From positions 1 to 55,822 of the IMG/VR virus record IMGVR_UViG_3300047095_000877: a DNA stretch of 55,822 nt; one strand, 5' to 3'. This DNA comes from a virus (Duplodnaviria; Caudoviricetes). A model generated the notes under the pieces. That model was not told the origin of the DNA, searched no databases, and was given only the letters and a program-made list of their open reading frames with translations. Of the stretch, positions 55,719 through 55,822 are shown piece after piece. Both the position numbers and the translations under genes were made by a program. Each line of letters begins with the position of its first letter. The stretch's first letter is position 1.

Positions 55719-55822
55719 GGTCTTGACCTAAGTGGTCCGCAAGGGATAAATCAAAAAACACAGCAATAATAAGCACTTAGCCGGGAATTCCCGTGAAGTG
55801 TGAAGAAACGCAACAGGGAGTC
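55681..55822. repeat. Terminal direct repeat (copy 2)
   Basis: Matches 1-142. Confidence 0.95.

Overview
The window is an essentially complete, circularly assembled temperate siphovirus genome of about 55,680 bp; bases 1-142 recur at 55681-55822 with one mismatch. It is most likely a picocyanobacterial (Synechococcus/Cyanobium-type) phage, an inference from gene content, the tRNA-Lys D-arm and frequent CGATCG. Layout: recombination and early genes (RecE, RecT-like, Xis-like HTH, SSB, many small ORFs, dNMP kinase) on +; tRNA-Lys, putative attP and integrase at 11.7-13.2 kb; thyX, dcd, lysis, tail, head and lambda-type terminase on -; a compositionally distinct island at 44.5-48.4 kb; a primase-helicase, VRR-NUC and SF2 helicase block on -. 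The main candidates for undescribed biology are: (1) a second, arm-less tyrosine recombinase beside a tail-fibre gene punctuated by TAG-N9-CTA-type palindromic sites with different spacers, suggesting site-specific module exchange plus a small downstream cassette array; (2) two inverted arrays of Fur-box-like palindromes bracketing a CGATCG/CTAG-rich gene island next to terS; (3) an invariant CGCACCT-N6-ATG leader on six island genes; (4) an attP resembling a tRNA-Lys anticodon arm next to a complete phage tRNA-Lys. All family assignments come from motif recognition by eye; no searches were run.
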